From Perna viridis (taxonomy: Eukaryota): 64,000 nt of DNA. Below, in pieces: positions 1-14,510 of the stretch. Location of the stretch: the NCBI GenBank assembly GCA_037379345.1, contig CM074523.1, positions 30,457,678-30,521,677 on the forward strand. Reading direction: 5' to 3'. The position numbers and the translations under genes are program-made. Under the pieces are notes generated by a model. The model was given only the letters and a program-made list of their open reading frames with translations. It was not told where the DNA came from and made no database searches. How positions within the stretch are numbered: the stretch's first letter is position 1; each line of letters opens with the position of its first letter.

Positions 1-362
1 AAATATTTGATGTTTTCTTACCGTACCCCCGTAAAAAAACGACACAAATCATGTATCAGAACAAGTCCGTCCTGTCAAGATTTTACCACTTTAACTGGCT
101 CAAATGAAGTAATTGTTACATCAAAATGTATCTATGAGTATAAGCTTGAAAAATAAGTAAACATTAGTTGACTTAAATGACACATTTTATGAATAATGAA
201 CTTTATTCATCAACATGTCCCCCTTTTCATCGCAATTATTTTGTCAGCAAAAGTTCGTCCTGTCAAAATTTTCGCTTTATTATTCGATATTAAAAAATAC
301 TTTTAATCATTTAAAAGCACATTTACTCTTCTTTAGAAATCCTTTCAATTTTTTGAATGTCA

Positions 363-3300
363 TTAAGGTTCCGCTAAAGGAAAACAAACCAAAAACTGAA
401 AGTTCAATATTTTATAAGTGTATGCCATAATAACATCATATCATATACTAAAATGTTCCTCCCATTTAGCACAAGCTTTCTAAGCCATTTAAAAACATTT
501 TTCCATTACTGTAATTCTTGCATATAAAGGTGCCAGACTGCCATTAAATACACATCTTTTGTAAGTCCATATTTACCTATAAAATGTAAACAAAAATATT
601 TAACAAACATGTATCTAGTGCAAATTACCCTTTTTAACCGATTCTAATCTTAAAACTATACTTAATTGTAACAAGTAAATTACTCAAAATGAATTTAAAT
701 GGAAGCCATTTATATTGGGACTACTTTCATTTCTATTTATAGCTACTTCCACTTTCTCTTTAGTGAGAACAATATGGAAGGCCATTTGGATCTAATTCAA
801 TGTGTTAGGATTATATAAAGGAAATAAAATTAACCAATTAAAGCAACTACAACAATGTTTAAGAAAAAAAACGATAGAGCTTTGCAAGTTAAAAAAAATT
901 GCTGAAATGATAATGTACATGTGTATATACATGTATGTGAAAAATATACACATTACCTTAAACAAATTTCTTTTTGTAACCCTTAAAATAAGGACAATGT
1001 TGTTGATTTGATTAACAAACTTTTCAGGGTAAATAAGGAATTGGGATTTCAGTTTAATATTGTAAGATTTTTCATTCAATATGCCATTTTGGGGGAAGAA
1101 TAAGGAGTTAAGTTCAAAATTGGCCCCTGAGAGATGATTGAATCAAACAACCATGGTGAGCATGGCAACATTTACCCCATGAGCACACGTTTTTACTCTT
1201 TAGAAATATTCAATTCCAATACCAATATAGAATTAACCCTCCTTTTATGCTCAACTGTAGAATTAATTCTATTAAATTTGTATTGCTGCCAGCTACAAAT
1301 TTGAAGGTAAACTCAAATAAAATGCTTTGCAGGGTCAGCTTGATATGACTGCAGAGATTGAACCCTGAACATTTGGAAAACACCCTGAAAAACAGTATGG
1401 ACACACCATTTAAACCTGACACAGCTACGAAATTTGATTACGATTAGATATTTGACACAAGATAAAAATTTTACCAGAACCAATTTAGTCACTTTTTTTG
1501 CCATTCTTCCAAAATGGTTCTAGTAAAAACCTGTAAAAATCAATCCCAAATTTCCTGTGGAAAAATGGCATCTTGTGGTACAATTTAAAGTGATCCATTT
1601 CTTTTCACTCAAGTTATTGTCCAGAAATAATAAAAGAAACTGTTTTTCATGGTCCAATAGTGACTCCTTATTCTTACTCGGCTCAAGTCACAACCCCAAG
1701 AATTAATCCCACTCTTCCTTTGGTGGTACATTGTACATGTATATTACCATGAAATACAATTTCAAAAAGATTCATTCCCTAATAGTCAAGATATTGTTTG
1801 GGCATCAAGAAAAAACATGTTTCTGGTCCCTAATTTCTGAAAGGTTCAAATCTTTACCCCCAAAATCAATCCAAGTCTGACCATTTTATAGAATGTTAAG
1901 GAACAATATCATAGACATTCCTGATTCTATCAAATGCTTTTCTATGCCCCTTTTAGGCCCCTTATTCTAAAACGGTTGGGCTATAAACCCCAAAATCAAT
2001 ACAACCTTCCTTTTGGAGTTTGTAACCTTGTAACATTATAAGATTTTATAAATAAATACCGACCAGTACTCCAATTATGGCAAAAAAAGAAACAAGTGTC
2101 TACAGACAACGACAACACCCACATACCAATACATGACCGCAAATAAAACGTAGCCCCCCCCCCCTCCGCCTTCACTTTGCATTGAAAAATTTAAAATTAA
2201 TCTTATTCAAGCTTTTCTTGCTACTTATCATTTACTAAAGAAATCGATTCAAAATATAGAGGCCCCATCCAGACGACAAGCCTAAATTGTTAATTATTTA
2301 ACACTAAAGTCCCCTCTTAAAAAAGTTAACCCCTTTGACCATTTTCTAGGAAAATCCATCCTATCTAAGATTAATTGATACTTACAAATCATTTTAAAAC
2401 AATGAGTCAGAGGTCAATTGAACTTACACTCTGTAACTGTAAAATATATACATGAAATACCTAAAATAAGGTCTACATCTTAATCTATCTCCATCTACAT
2501 ATCTTGGTACTAAATTTGTTGTATTTGTATGGATCTATCATAGAACAACCTGAAAAATAAAAGTATACAATTTTTTTTCAAAACTGACTATGTACATGTA
2601 CATATACTTGTCAGAAGGGTCTTTTAATCCAGGGACAGCTGGAAAAAACATTACATTTATCAAATGTTACAGACCTAGAGATTTTGAAAAGATAGGGTTA
2701 CAGTGTCATTAAAAAAAGTGGTTTCTAGGCTGTTATTTACTAATTTTACAGTACATTAAGCACACATGTAACAAAATTTTCCAATGAAAATGTGTTTCCA
2801 CCACCAGAACCCTCCCATGGACCCCCTACTAGTTCATCTAGTTTCTTCTTGTTTGCCATTTTGTTTTAGCCGAAGGGGACTTTACATTTGCATTCCATCT
2901 GTCTGTCCATCCAGAAGAAAAGTTTTTTTCAGCACTTTTTCTAAACACTTGCAGATATTGAGCAGAGTTTAGTATCTGAGTCAACCTTGATTAGTTACAG
3001 ATCTATTTAACATTTCGTTTTTCCTTGGCTGGTTATTGTCCGAGTTATGGCCCTTGAACATTGAAAAAATTACTGAAATTTAAATTTTCTGCGCTGTTTT
3101 GTTTTATTAAATGCTTGCAGATATTGAGCTGATTTTTGGTATGTGAGTCTACCCTGATGAGTTACAGATCAAGTATGGTTTTCGTTCGGCTTCACTTATT
3201 TTTGTCAGAGTTATTGCCCTTAAATTTACCGAAATTTAAGTTTTCGACACTTTTTTTTAAACGCTTGCAGTTATTGAGCTGATTTTTGGTTAGCGAGCCT

Positions 3301-5794
3301 ATCTTGATGAGTTTAAAATCGAGTTAACATTTCGTTCTGCTTTGCTGATTTTTTTCCAAAGTTACCAACTATCAGTTTTACTCACTGCCAAAATTTCAGT
3401 TTTACATGCTCTTTTCTAAAGAAAACCTTTTAATATTATCTTAATGTGACAAAATTTAATACAACAAACGATTGGATAATTATTCATTTATATTGGTGTG
3501 GAATTTGAAACCTAATCTGTCCAATTATCCGTGCATTAAATTTTGCAAATCTGCATCTTTTAAATGGATTTTAACATCTTTTTTGTCTTTGTCCATATCC
3601 CTTATTCTGTTCAAAATCAATGTCATTTCTTCAGTTTGTCATTTATACTCGATGGTTCAAGGTAGTATTTAGATCAGTGATATTAACAGACAATCATACT
3701 TTAGTTTTAAATATTATTTATTTATTCATAACATTTACTCCATTATAATGGGTTTGAGTCGCTATTACAATTATTTTTTATGGATGGGCCCAGTTGGTCT
3801 TTTGAAAATTCTTGAAGTATCAAGTATAATTCTTTTACATGTATATCTTTTTTATCATTATCATAGAAAGAGTTGTCTCAACCACAGTCTGTTTGTCCAT
3901 GGAACAAGATTTCAAATATTTCTTCGAAAAAAGAAAGAAAATAAAAATATACTTCCTTTACTGTTCTATTGTTGCTGTTGTCAAAAACCTAACCCGCCTC
4001 CGAAAAAAACAAATTTTATAATTCAATATTATATAATCAAAACTGAAGCATAGCTTTTCTAAGATAGGAAAGGCAATCATTTTCTTGTTTGGAATTTATT
4101 GCTGTCATCTGAATTTTGTTTTCGTAGAAAATTGTAAGATTTCTGATATCTGTACAGATTGATCTGACAGGTCAAAACTGAAATGGATGTTGCTAGAGAT
4201 GCCCTTAAGGGATAAAACATGTAAATTATTGCGAAGTGCTATAAAGTTATTGACCATTTTGAGAGCAAGGGGAAAGGGGTGTGCTCATGGGGTTGGAATT
4301 TTGGGGAAAAATTGTTCCAAGTTATTCATTTATTAAAAACAAACTCCCCATTAATTAAACAAAAACAGATTTTCATATAAAAAAAAATGATTTTGCTTGC
4401 TGCCTAAATATAAACAAAAATATTGCATTTGTGAAGCAAAACATTTCATCTGAGTTGACACTCCCTCTTTGTAATGCCATTATTTTTATGACTATGAGAC
4501 TCGCACAGACAGTATATGTATGGTAAAGTTCAGGGCGCTCACTGATTTAGGCAATGCCTACCCCATATTATTCTATAATGGATAGAAAAAAAAGCACTAT
4601 TTAAGGGATCCCCTAAACAGGAGTTTTAGCCTAATTTGTAGTGTTTTGCTAAAGACAGGACAGCATGTAAGAAAATGCCCTCCATATATTACGTGTCCAT
4701 ACGACAAATATCAAGATAATCATAAAAAATACTTTTTAATCGTTTAATAGTAAAGTTTTATACATATTTACGACTGAAACCTTAACAGTTCAGTTAAAAA
4801 AATGTTTAATTAAAGTAAATAAGTTGCCACAAAAGGCGTGGTAAATATGGCCGATGATTGGGCATGAAACCATTTGAACATTTAAATGATCGAGAATGGT
4901 TGAATTTTTGCAACTGATTGCGTTGACAACCTGACGAAAAGTTTAAATAAAAGTCGATTGTATATAAAAAGTAGATGAATACCCGCATATTCTCACCAAT
5001 TTTTAATTATCAAACATTCTGTCTCTGTGTTTACATCCTTGGCGTCACCGAATAGCAGCTCACATGTAACCGGATGTCATACGTCGTAAAATAAACCGAT
5101 AACGAAACGTTGTACAGTGTAGTATAAATACACGTGACAGTATAAGATGAATATTTTTTTTCCATTTCAGAGCATGTTCAAAATTTAGAAGAGTAATCTT
5201 AACTTCATTGTAAAATTAAAAATAGTTAATACATTTTAGAGCGTAGGAATACATCAATCTACTTTCAATTTGGACAGATCTAGTTGTGCAGGATGCAAAC
5301 AGCAGTTTCTAATGAAAACGACTATCAACGTTAATACTTTTTAGTTACAGTTATGCAAAGATATGTTTTGGATGAAATGTTGTCGGCACTGACCAGATCG
5401 GTTCTGTATCACCCGAGATTTTAGATTGTTTTTACACTCTTTGTCCACCAAGATTTAGAAAACGGCGGCTTCTGCCATGCTAAATTGAAAGTGAAAGTAA
5501 CCATGAAGGGCGTGAAATACAGAAATTCGTTACATGTAAGGGGTAACTTGCACTAGATAAAGGTAACAATTTGGTATTATTTAAATGTGTACTGTAGTGA
5601 CTCCACTTTTTTTAAAATTCTCAAAATAACTACATGTTTTTCCATAATTACACTACTTGTGATAAGTGGCATATCAACATAACATTAAAATATGAAGATA
5701 GTAATAAATTAACTTCTTGGCCAAGTTTCAAGTCTTTTTATGGTGTAATAACGAAGAAATTAACAACTGACATTTTCCTATAGCGGAACCTTAA
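363..5794. mobile_element. Kolobok-like non-autonomous DNA element (TTAA-flanked, GG...CC termini), about 5.4 kb, with nested repeats
   Basis: Left end TTAA|GGTTCCGCTAAAGGAAAA (363-384) is the reverse complement of right end TTTTCCTATAGCGGAACC|TTAA (5773-5794), 21/22 match. TTAA target with purine-purine termini fits Kolobok rather than piggyBac. No transposase ORF seen inside. Confidence 0.6.
2842..3420 (+). repeat. HINE/Helentron-associated-like element with about 3 internal ~150-165 bp tandem units
   Basis: Starts TTTTAGCC, then a short GTCTGTCC microsatellite-like stretch, then recurring CTTGCAG(A/T)TATTGAGC near 2948, 3114 and 3264. Confidence 0.45.
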
Positions 5795-6277
5795 ATAAAA
5801 CAGAAGTTATAGCCAAATATGTATCGGAAAATGCCTGTCCTGTTTTTATTCCAACCGCTCGATCTTCCGGTGAAAAATCGCTCATGAGTAACATGTTTAT
5901 TCTTCATTCGTCATATGTTATTGCGTTCTTTGTAACCGTGTCGGTCGTGTCGATTTTAAAAGAAACGTGTTTTAATTTGTACATAACCAGTATAAATCAC
6001 TAATTTAAGACTTTCAACAAGAAGCGATATTGGAAACTACGACTTTCAGGGTTAGAAGTATTTTACAAATTAATAATTGTAGAAATGTAAAAGAAATATG
6101 TCACAGTAAAAGACACGACATTAAGCAAAGAAAGATACGTACAAACTGCAAGTTACAGCGCTAACATACATTTCACGAATTAACATTTAAACAATCTTCA
6201 ATTAACAAAGAGAGAAAATACAGAGAACAAATGAGCAAGTAACAAAGTTAAAAGTTAAAAGAAACGCGTGAACATAT

Positions 6278-8370
6278 TTATGGCGGATATCCCCTTCCAT
6301 AGTTTTTACCAATGTAAATGCCTATCACTTTTGTAACATCTTCAGATCTCTGTATTTCTAATTTATTTAGCTCATTATCAGATAAAGTTCTGGACCCGAG
6401 ACACACTATTTCTGATTTATGTTTGTTTATTGTCGCAACAGACGCCACACTATAAAGTTTCAAAACATTGAAAACTTCATCTATTAAGTTTTTTTATCAA
6501 TTGTGAAAATATTCGTGTCATCTGCGTGTTGTAATATTCGCGCTTCTCTATCAGATTTCGGAATAATTACCCCGCGTATACTTTGATTTTTAGCTATGGC
6601 TTGTCCTATCGGTTCTGCCACCATAACGTACAATAAGACGGAAAGCGGACATCTCGAATACTAGAAGCTGTATCAGCAATGTCACGACCTAAAATGCAAC
6701 ACATTTGGCTATTCGATATTAATTTCGGCAGAACGAATTTTGTTTTGTTCGACATGATGCGAGCAGTTAATTTGTAATAACGCATACCAAAGAAATCGGA
6801 CTGACATTCTTTAATAAATTTTTATCACCTATGTTTTCATAGATTAAGGTTATAACCCCATGTCTCATTGATCTAGTCATAATCTGCTCTTCTTGAATAA
6901 TTCTAAAAATGTTCATAAGAATATTTTCAAACATATGATAAACTTGCAAAAAAATTCCCCAGTTAAACCATCCGGACCCGGCGATTTATTTTTTGTCATA
7001 CTAAATAATGCCGTTTTAATTTCGACGCAAGTAAAATCAGCTTCTGAAATTTTCCATATCATTTTCCGGAACTTTTTAGGTAATAGAATCTAAAAACTCA
7101 TGTGCGCTATTCTTGGTAATGTGCGTACAGTAATACAACTTCTTATAAAAGACTTCACTTCTTCTAAAATTTGTTCAGTTGTATTTACAATGATACCTAC
7201 ATTTGTTTTCAACTCTTTGATAGCATTAATTTTTTGTTTATACTTTGGAAGCTCTAAAAATACTTAGAATTTTTATCACCTTCAATAACCCATTGAGCTT
7301 TAGAGCGTAATATAGCTCTTTTGCAGATTATGTCTTCGTGTCTTTTTAAGTTATAATTTAATTCCTCCATTTTTTTTTATATCAAACTCTTCATCATTTG
7401 ACACAGCAAGAGAGAACTTTTCGAATTTTCTTTGAATTTTAAAATATTCCGATTTTTAGGCACGCAATTTAACTTTTGACACAACTTTACATAGTTATTT
7501 AATCTCCAATTTTAAATTATTATACCAAATCAGTGGTTTGTCATCATATAGTCTACACTGTTTTTCAGTTGCTATTAATTTCTCAATTTTTAAAACAAAC
7601 TATTCATCAGTGTGTTATTAAACACCCATAATCCTGGACCTCTCTCAACTTCACAAAAATCTATATTTAAAACTACTAAAGAATGATCACTGAAAGTGTT
7701 GTGCTTATGATACATATTTTTGACTAAAACAGAAAAAAATATTTTGGAATAAACATGAAGCCAATCATACTCTGAATGAGAATAGTTTGAACCACTCGGC
7801 GCCAAGAGTACACTCGAGCATTTGGATTCCTTGAGCGCCATACATCATAAAGATTGAAATTGTCACAAAATTTACTAATAGATTTATAAGCTTTGTCTTC
7901 AATGTGTTGTGATTTGCCACACCTATCAAGTGTTGCATAGATGTATTCAAATCCCTCAACAGAATGACATTTTTGGGGTCAGATAACTTATCTAGTATGC
8001 TACCAAAAAAAACTTGCTCCTTTCAAGGGCTAAATTAGGAGCATAACAATTAACAAATTAACAATGTCAAAAACTTTGTCATCCTGGTGAAGTTGTATTT
8101 AAATACACCTACCATCGAAACCCTGTATATATTTTACTTCATTTTCTATTTTGTTGTTTATTGAAAAGGCTACACCTTGTCTTTGAATATCACTACATGA
8201 ATGAAATATTTTACCATTCCAGAACTTAGACAAATTCTCAATTAAATCTTCTGACCAAAACGTTTCTTGTGTTCCTACGACATCATAATAATTTTCAGAA
8301 CAGTAAGTACATAACTGCTGAAATTTGTCAACTCTCGAAGATCATATACATTATAAGAAACAATACTTAT
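6278..8370 (-). mobile_element. Degenerate Tx1/L1-clade non-LTR retrotransposon ORF2 (APE endonuclease + RT), frameshifted
   Basis: Minus-strand motifs in the expected order: QETFW, NCYAPN, SDHSLV, GPGLWVFNNTL, RSKAQW.IEGDKNSKYF, PGPDGLTGEFF, SPISLVC, PLSVLLY..VAEP, QHADD. Many stops and frameshifts. Confidence 0.85.
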
Positions 8371-8704
8371 CATCTGAAAGATAATAATAATTTGAAAAAA
8401 GATTTAATCGTATGAATTTGATTGTGTTAACTTGTTTCTTGGATCCAATCTTATCTTTTTCAATTTATCTTTCGAAAACTTTGGACCATTTACCAATCTT
8501 TTGCGGCGAATTTTCACCATATTTACAGCCATCTCCACATCAGTCATCTCAGTATCACTATTTATTCGTAGGGGACAGGCTTAAAGTGATGAGGAGGGGG
8601 CTGTGATGTAGACGGAAGGGGGAAGTGGCTAGTTGATTTTTCATGACTTTTTAACTAATGAATCAACAAGAGAGTTATCTAATTGTTCCAGAGGCCATCG
8701 GGTT

Positions 8705-8890
8705 TAGTTCCTCTTCAGATTGTCCATTGTCATCACCATTTTCTCCAGATCTATGTGTATCATCATGTTTATTATCATTTATGTTCTCATCATGTTCATT
8801 TGTAACGTGATCATCACCATTATCTCTACCATTAGCAACATCAACATTATCATCTTTGATATCATCATACTCATTATCGTCAGTAATATA
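8705..8890. repeat. (TCA/ATC)-rich low-complexity tract; reads as D/N-rich on the minus strand, possibly Tx1 ORF1 remnant
   Basis: Imperfect trinucleotide periodicity immediately upstream of the Tx1 ORF2 remnant. Confidence 0.45.
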
Positions 8891-10059
8891 GCATCGCTTT
8901 AAACCCAAAACCCCAATGCAGAGAATGGGTGTCATAATTCTCAACCCCTCCAAAGTAAAATGAGGTTTATAAATGATGATCGGAAGAACAACCCCCGAAA
9001 AAATGAAGCGATCATTATAAATAAATATTATGATATCAAACTCAAATAAATGATATGGGGCTTATAATTTTTACATGTTATGAGTACTAAAGATTTCATT
9101 GCCTCACAACATTGAACCATGAGTCATTCCGACACACCTGGTCATCCTTCACTCCTTTAAAATGCCATTTAGGTGTAAATGACCTTACTGCAGCTAAAAT
9201 CCAAAGATTTGCAAGGAAAACAGAGTCATTGAGTACGAACAGATTTCCGACCTATTGACATTAAAAGTGAGAAATTCCCTCAAAATATCTGTGTGACCAT
9301 TAAAAAACAAACCGCTTTGTTGTGTATTTAATGATACGGCGATAATAACTTAGGTTTGGAAAAATTGTGATTTTAAACGTTTTGTAATTGAACTACAAAC
9401 TACTATTTGACCTTTCACAGTTTCTTAATTTTCAAGTCGAAAGTCAGTTTATTGACCTCAAGGTCAAAACAGTTTGTTAAATCATTCAAACCTCAGCCAA
9501 TTATTGTAATGAACCATGTCCTAAAGGGTAATAAATTACGATTCTTTTTGGTATATTTTGACTCACGTTCAAGTTAGGCAATTTAAAATTTTTCTGTCTG
9601 AATTTTCGCAGAAGTCGATATATTTTTTTAACAATTGTACACCTATCTTTACATTTCAATTTAGATTATTCGCCTTATCTGAAACAAAATGATATGTTAA
9701 CTATGTGAAATTAACATTAATTAAATATCAAATACCTTATCTAAAGCGTCGTCATCAGTTTTTGTATTGCGACTTGATTTATGTCAAAATCATCCTCAGT
9801 AAAAATATGAATTAAACAATATAAATCAGATTGCACATGTGCTTCTTTTGTAAATTTCAGTTGAATATGTCAATATATTCAATGTAAGATAATACAGTTA
9901 AAACTTTCTTATCAACATGAGACCGGTCAATATCTACCAAAAATAATCGCAATTTATGAGCCTTATACACTTCCATAGTTTTTACCTTTTAATAACATTC
10001 AATGACAAGTAAAATTGTTGTAATATGTTATATTAAATAACAACAAGAATAATATCAAA

Positions 10060-10700
10060 CTGAAGAAGGACAAATCCAAAGATGAGACACTCCCTGGAAA
10101 ATTAGTCTCCAAGCAGGAAGAATAGAACACTTCTTCAACTGCCTCAACTACCCAGGAAATGAGGCGCAAACACCTTCCTGAAAGTAGTGACCGTAAAACA
10201 GCCACCAAATAGAACCCAAGAATCTTTTCATTTATCATCAGGATATTGCAAAATAAGTTAATTTGTGTCACATATGATTCCTAAAAATTAAATTCTATTA
10301 GACGGAGGGACAGCTTTGTGAGATGATTCCTCTATCCCAGAAGAAATCAAAAGATGCTTTAACTCATCAAAAGCCTTAAAGGTTCTGTCAGGTAAATCCA
10401 GCGAAGTCATCAAGATACTTAACAACATCAAAACCAAGTTCTCTATACATAAATGCATAAATAAACTGCATTGGTAACGCGCTGGAAAATATGTGCAACA
10501 GAACAAAGACACATAGAAAGGACTCGGTCAAAATAAAGATGTCCCTTCCACTCGAAACCTACAAAGTGAACATCATGCAGATCGATAAATTTCTGCCTAT
10601 AAACCCCGCTTGAATAAAAGGCAATTCCGTCCACGCTTTTAAATCAAGTCTACAAAGGCGTCAACATTAGGATGTTTCAGATTTACTTCCATACCTAAGT
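10060..10700 (-). mobile_element. DIRS/Ngaro-type tyrosine-recombinase retroelement RT fragment
   Basis: Minus strand: YRQ..ID..D...VGFEWKGHLYFDRVL, IFQRVTNAV, LGFDVVKYLDDFAG, GIEESSHKAVPP..RI.FLGI. Frameshifted. Confidence 0.75.
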
Positions 10701-10858
10701 AAAAAAAATATCAACGAAGCCGTTAACGTCCCCTCCTCCTCTTTCACTCAAATCTAAGATGACCGTTCTCTCAGACTTCTCAGAAGAATCTTTCTTCGGA
10801 AATAAAGGTGGAGATGGTAGTGGTCAAGTTATCTCAATTGACTAGTGCACATAAATGA

Positions 10859-11639
10859 AAGAGTAATCAAAGGAACCAAGGTTATAGCGGTAATCAAAAG
10901 AATGCAATCCTAATTTCGGAGATTTGATACATTGCATCTACCCCAAAAACTTGAGATAAAGGATACACGTATACTACAGACACTGTGAAGTCTGCCTCAT
11001 ATCTTGATCTACCCTTAGAAATCGATGGTAAAGGAAAACTACTGATCAAACTTTACGACAAACGTGATGACTTTTCATTCAAAATTGTCAATTTTCCTTT
11101 CATCTGCGGCAGCATTCCTTCAGCACCTGCGTATGAAGTGTTCATATCACAACTCATACGTTATGCTAGAGCTTGTCGAAACTACGCAGACTTTTTTGTA
11201 TCGCGCTAGAACTCTAACAAGTAGGCTTCTAGAACAGGGTTGTGTTGCTACAAGATTGAAGTCATCACTACAGAAGTTTTATGGTCGTCATCATGAACTC
11301 GTGGATCGTTATGGTGTATCCATCTGCACCATGAAAACTGATTTATTCAACGGGTTAGGGTTTTTCCTTTCCTCGTTTGTCTACCCCGGACTTGACTTTT
11401 TATGAGCAACTCGGCGGGTGTTTCTAGAAAAGCAGAGGACACTTACCCTACCGGTGCACCTGGTCCATGTTCCCAGTTTTTGGAGGAGTCCGATTTGCTC
11501 ATTTGCTTTTAATACTTTGTATATTTGATGTTTGTTAATGTTCTTTGTTGAGTATGTCTGTTTTCCATGTCTGGTCTTTGTCCCTGGATTGCATTCTTTT
11601 GATTACCGCTATAACATTGGTTCCCTTGATTAATCTTTC
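10859..11639 (+). mobile_element. Naiad-type Penelope-like element, 3' RT fragment + 3' UTR, preceded by an inverted copy of its own tail (10859-10910)
   Basis: SASYLDL...KLYDKRDDFSF.IVNFPF...PAY.VFISQLIRYARAC...KFYGRHHELVDRYG. RT is C-terminal with no downstream endonuclease. Ends CCCTTGATTAATCTTT. Confidence 0.85.
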
Positions 11640-12479
11640 AAAAACCTACATGTTCTTAAAAACATGAAAATAGCAGACAAAGAGCTGTATAGCTATAAAC
11701 AAAAATACCAGTAAACTTGTAACATTATGTAACAAAACAGGAAGTATTTGCCTATTACTTTAACAAAAACTTACAGATTATCAAACATTTTGTATGATAG
11801 AATTTCGCGGATTCGGACTTTGACGTCATGCAAAATTCAAGGCAAAAAAATAAATAATGGCCACGGAATATTTGATCGAAAAGTTTTACGATACGGGTAA
11901 AAAGTAGATACTTAGAGGATCAATATTGAAAAATTGAAGAATCGGTAATAAAATACATGTTATCGCTATGTTATATTTCAAAATAACTTACATGTTCTAA
12001 ATGTGCTTTTTAATAGCTTTTTAAATACATGCTAAATATGGTTGATTAAATGATTCCGGTCGAACACCTTTAACTTTTAAAAGTCCAATTATGGTGTTAC
12101 AATTTTAAGTAATTACGTTTTTAAGACAAATTACTGTTTAAGTGTCACGAATCAGTCGCTTATTTTTGTCGTTTCAAAGGTCTTAGCATACATCTATTTT
12201 TATTGCGAGAATGTTCATATGTAATACTATTTTTTACTACAAAAACAAATCAGTTGAACAATTAAGTTAAAAGATATGTGATAAAATTTATGTCCAAAGT
12301 CCTGTTACACGTTTGTTTTCTGGGGAAAAAATGACATCATGGATGGAATTTACGTAGCAACTCATAGCTTAAATTTTCAACAGGCAGGCAGGAAGTTATC
12401 ATCAGTGGAAATAATTCGACTGAACAAAGAATTAAAATTGCAGAAAAGAGAACAAAAACGAAAATCCTACCACAAGGCT

Positions 12480-13368
12480 ATTTCATGCTATATTTCAGTC
12501 CTGCATCAGTTTACTGACGGATGTTGTGACAAGTAAAAAAATTCGTCACTGCATCGGAAAATAAGATGCTTGTTCTGATATAGGATATATTAAAACTATT
12601 AAACACTTTTTTGAGACTTGGCATGCTCGTGGTCCTGAAGATGTAGCCGGTGTTTCATAAAAAGCAAGCTGATTAGTCGTGGGCAGCATGTGATTTAAAG
12701 TGCACATAACATGTATTAACATATTTGTAAAACTGCTGATGATTCAAAATGCGCACGAAGGATTTTCGTTATATCGATTCAACCGTGATCGATATTTCAA
12801 ACCCGTAAAAGAGAACAGGAAAAAATTACCAGGTATTTTCTACGGAATAAGAAACAGTAAAAAAAGAAAGTTGTCCTGCTATACGTATGAAAAATGTTTA
12901 AATACTTATTATTACGATTGCATGAATGTTGACTAAGTTTTTTTCTATCTTAAAAATGACTAAAGAAACTGCTGATCAGGAATCAGAAGAAGTGAAAGTT
13001 GTTGATGACATTGAACACCTTTACCACCTTGTGTCGAATGGAACTTTAATTGGCGTTAAAGTAGACGGTGTTAATGTTTCTTATGACCTTGTTAAAGCAA
13101 GCAATCAAATGATTGTTCCAAGAAAAGAACCAACTGACAAATGGGGGATAACCTATTCTCCCGGAACATAAATAATACACAGATATTATTTCAGCATGGT
13201 GAACGAAAATCCAGTAGAACAAAAAAAAACCTGATAAAACGTATTCCTACTATTGTTCCCGTGCTTTCTTTCGTGTATATATGGTCTGAACTAGAACTGA
13301 ATGACAATGGAACAGTTTCTATTGACGAGTCCCTCCATAGAAATATACCGTGCTTCCTTGAAGAGTGA
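12480..13368 (+). mobile_element. Decayed DNA transposase remnant, tentatively Sola2-like
   Basis: QFTDGCCDK*K (~12507) and HFFETWHARGPEDVAG (~12604) resemble the F[ST]DGC..QYK and FF.T.HGKGP.DG motifs I recall for such transposases. Multiple stops; superfamily uncertain. Confidence 0.5.
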
Positions 13369-14385
13369 GAGGAGGAGGTCGACTAAAACTTTAATAAAGG
13401 TTAATAAAATTTGCTCCAAATAAGGCCGTTTGAAAAAGATTTTTTTTTCAAAACAATGGTATATTAGAAAATCAACCCGCAATTTATGTTGAATAGTACG
13501 CAGACATTAAGTCATATTACGAAATTTGTTGTACAAAAAATCAATAACACAAATCACCAGAAAGTCTCCTCTTTATAACAATCACACGTAATCATAAAAT
13601 ATAAGAATGGATTCAGATAGTACACAGGACAAAAATGCTTGCAAATGAGGTAACGTTCCATGGTCATTTAATAAAAGTAAAACGTGGTTTGAAAACGTTA
13701 CGTTCGTGGCGTCAACTTTGTGCGCGACGTCTATATAATAAGACTCCATTTTGCGACAACACAAAAAAAAAACTTGACTAACACACCAGGTGGTGCCTTT
13801 CTCATATTGAGAGAAAGTGTGTTGTCATGCATGTTGTACCCATCTAATCTGCTTTTAAGAGGACTTAGACTCGACTATGAGAGTAATTAAATCTAAGCGT
13901 ACGATAGAACTCCCTGGCTGTTTTAATTAATTATAAAAGGGGGTTTACCGCTAAGCAGACAGACAGACACGGGTGAAACTTGTACAAAGAGAAAAGAGAT
14001 AAGTTTACCATGAAGCCTGTCTAAACCGAACCCTGCAACATTGAATTTAAAACTTAATACTGTTCACCAATGTTCAAAATGATTTACACTGTAATAAAGG
14101 AACACATGCTTGGTTTAGACAGATTTCTGATTATTCGGAGTTCGGTTTGAGTTTTCATAGTAGAAATCTGAATTTGCCCAAGAGCTGTTTGTTACATGTA
14201 TGATTTATTCTAATTACTAATTGCATCAATACGAAAACAAACAATGCCGATTCCAATTGTTTAACTTTTTAGAAGATTTTGATGACTGACCGTAAATGAA
14301 AGTAAATAATAAATGGAATGGGCTTTTGCTTATCAATGAAGACCATTGAAGACCATGTGGTGATTTTTTTTCTATGCGATTACAG

Positions 14386-14510
14386 GAGGCCATGACTTAT
14401 TTGGTGATTCAGAAAAAAAGAATGATGACGTTGTTCGTATACTTGACATGTCCAAGAACAGTCACGTGGTTCCGGTTATTATGAACGATACATCTTTGAC
14501 CTCTAACAGT
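14386..14510 (+). pseudogene. Candidate upstream exon of the receptor tyrosine kinase fragment
   Basis: TTACAG| acceptor, open frame GHDLFGDSEKKNDDVVRILDMSKNSHVVPVIMNDTSLTSNS, |GTAAGA donor in phase 0, compatible with the acceptor at 15800. Confidence 0.45.
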
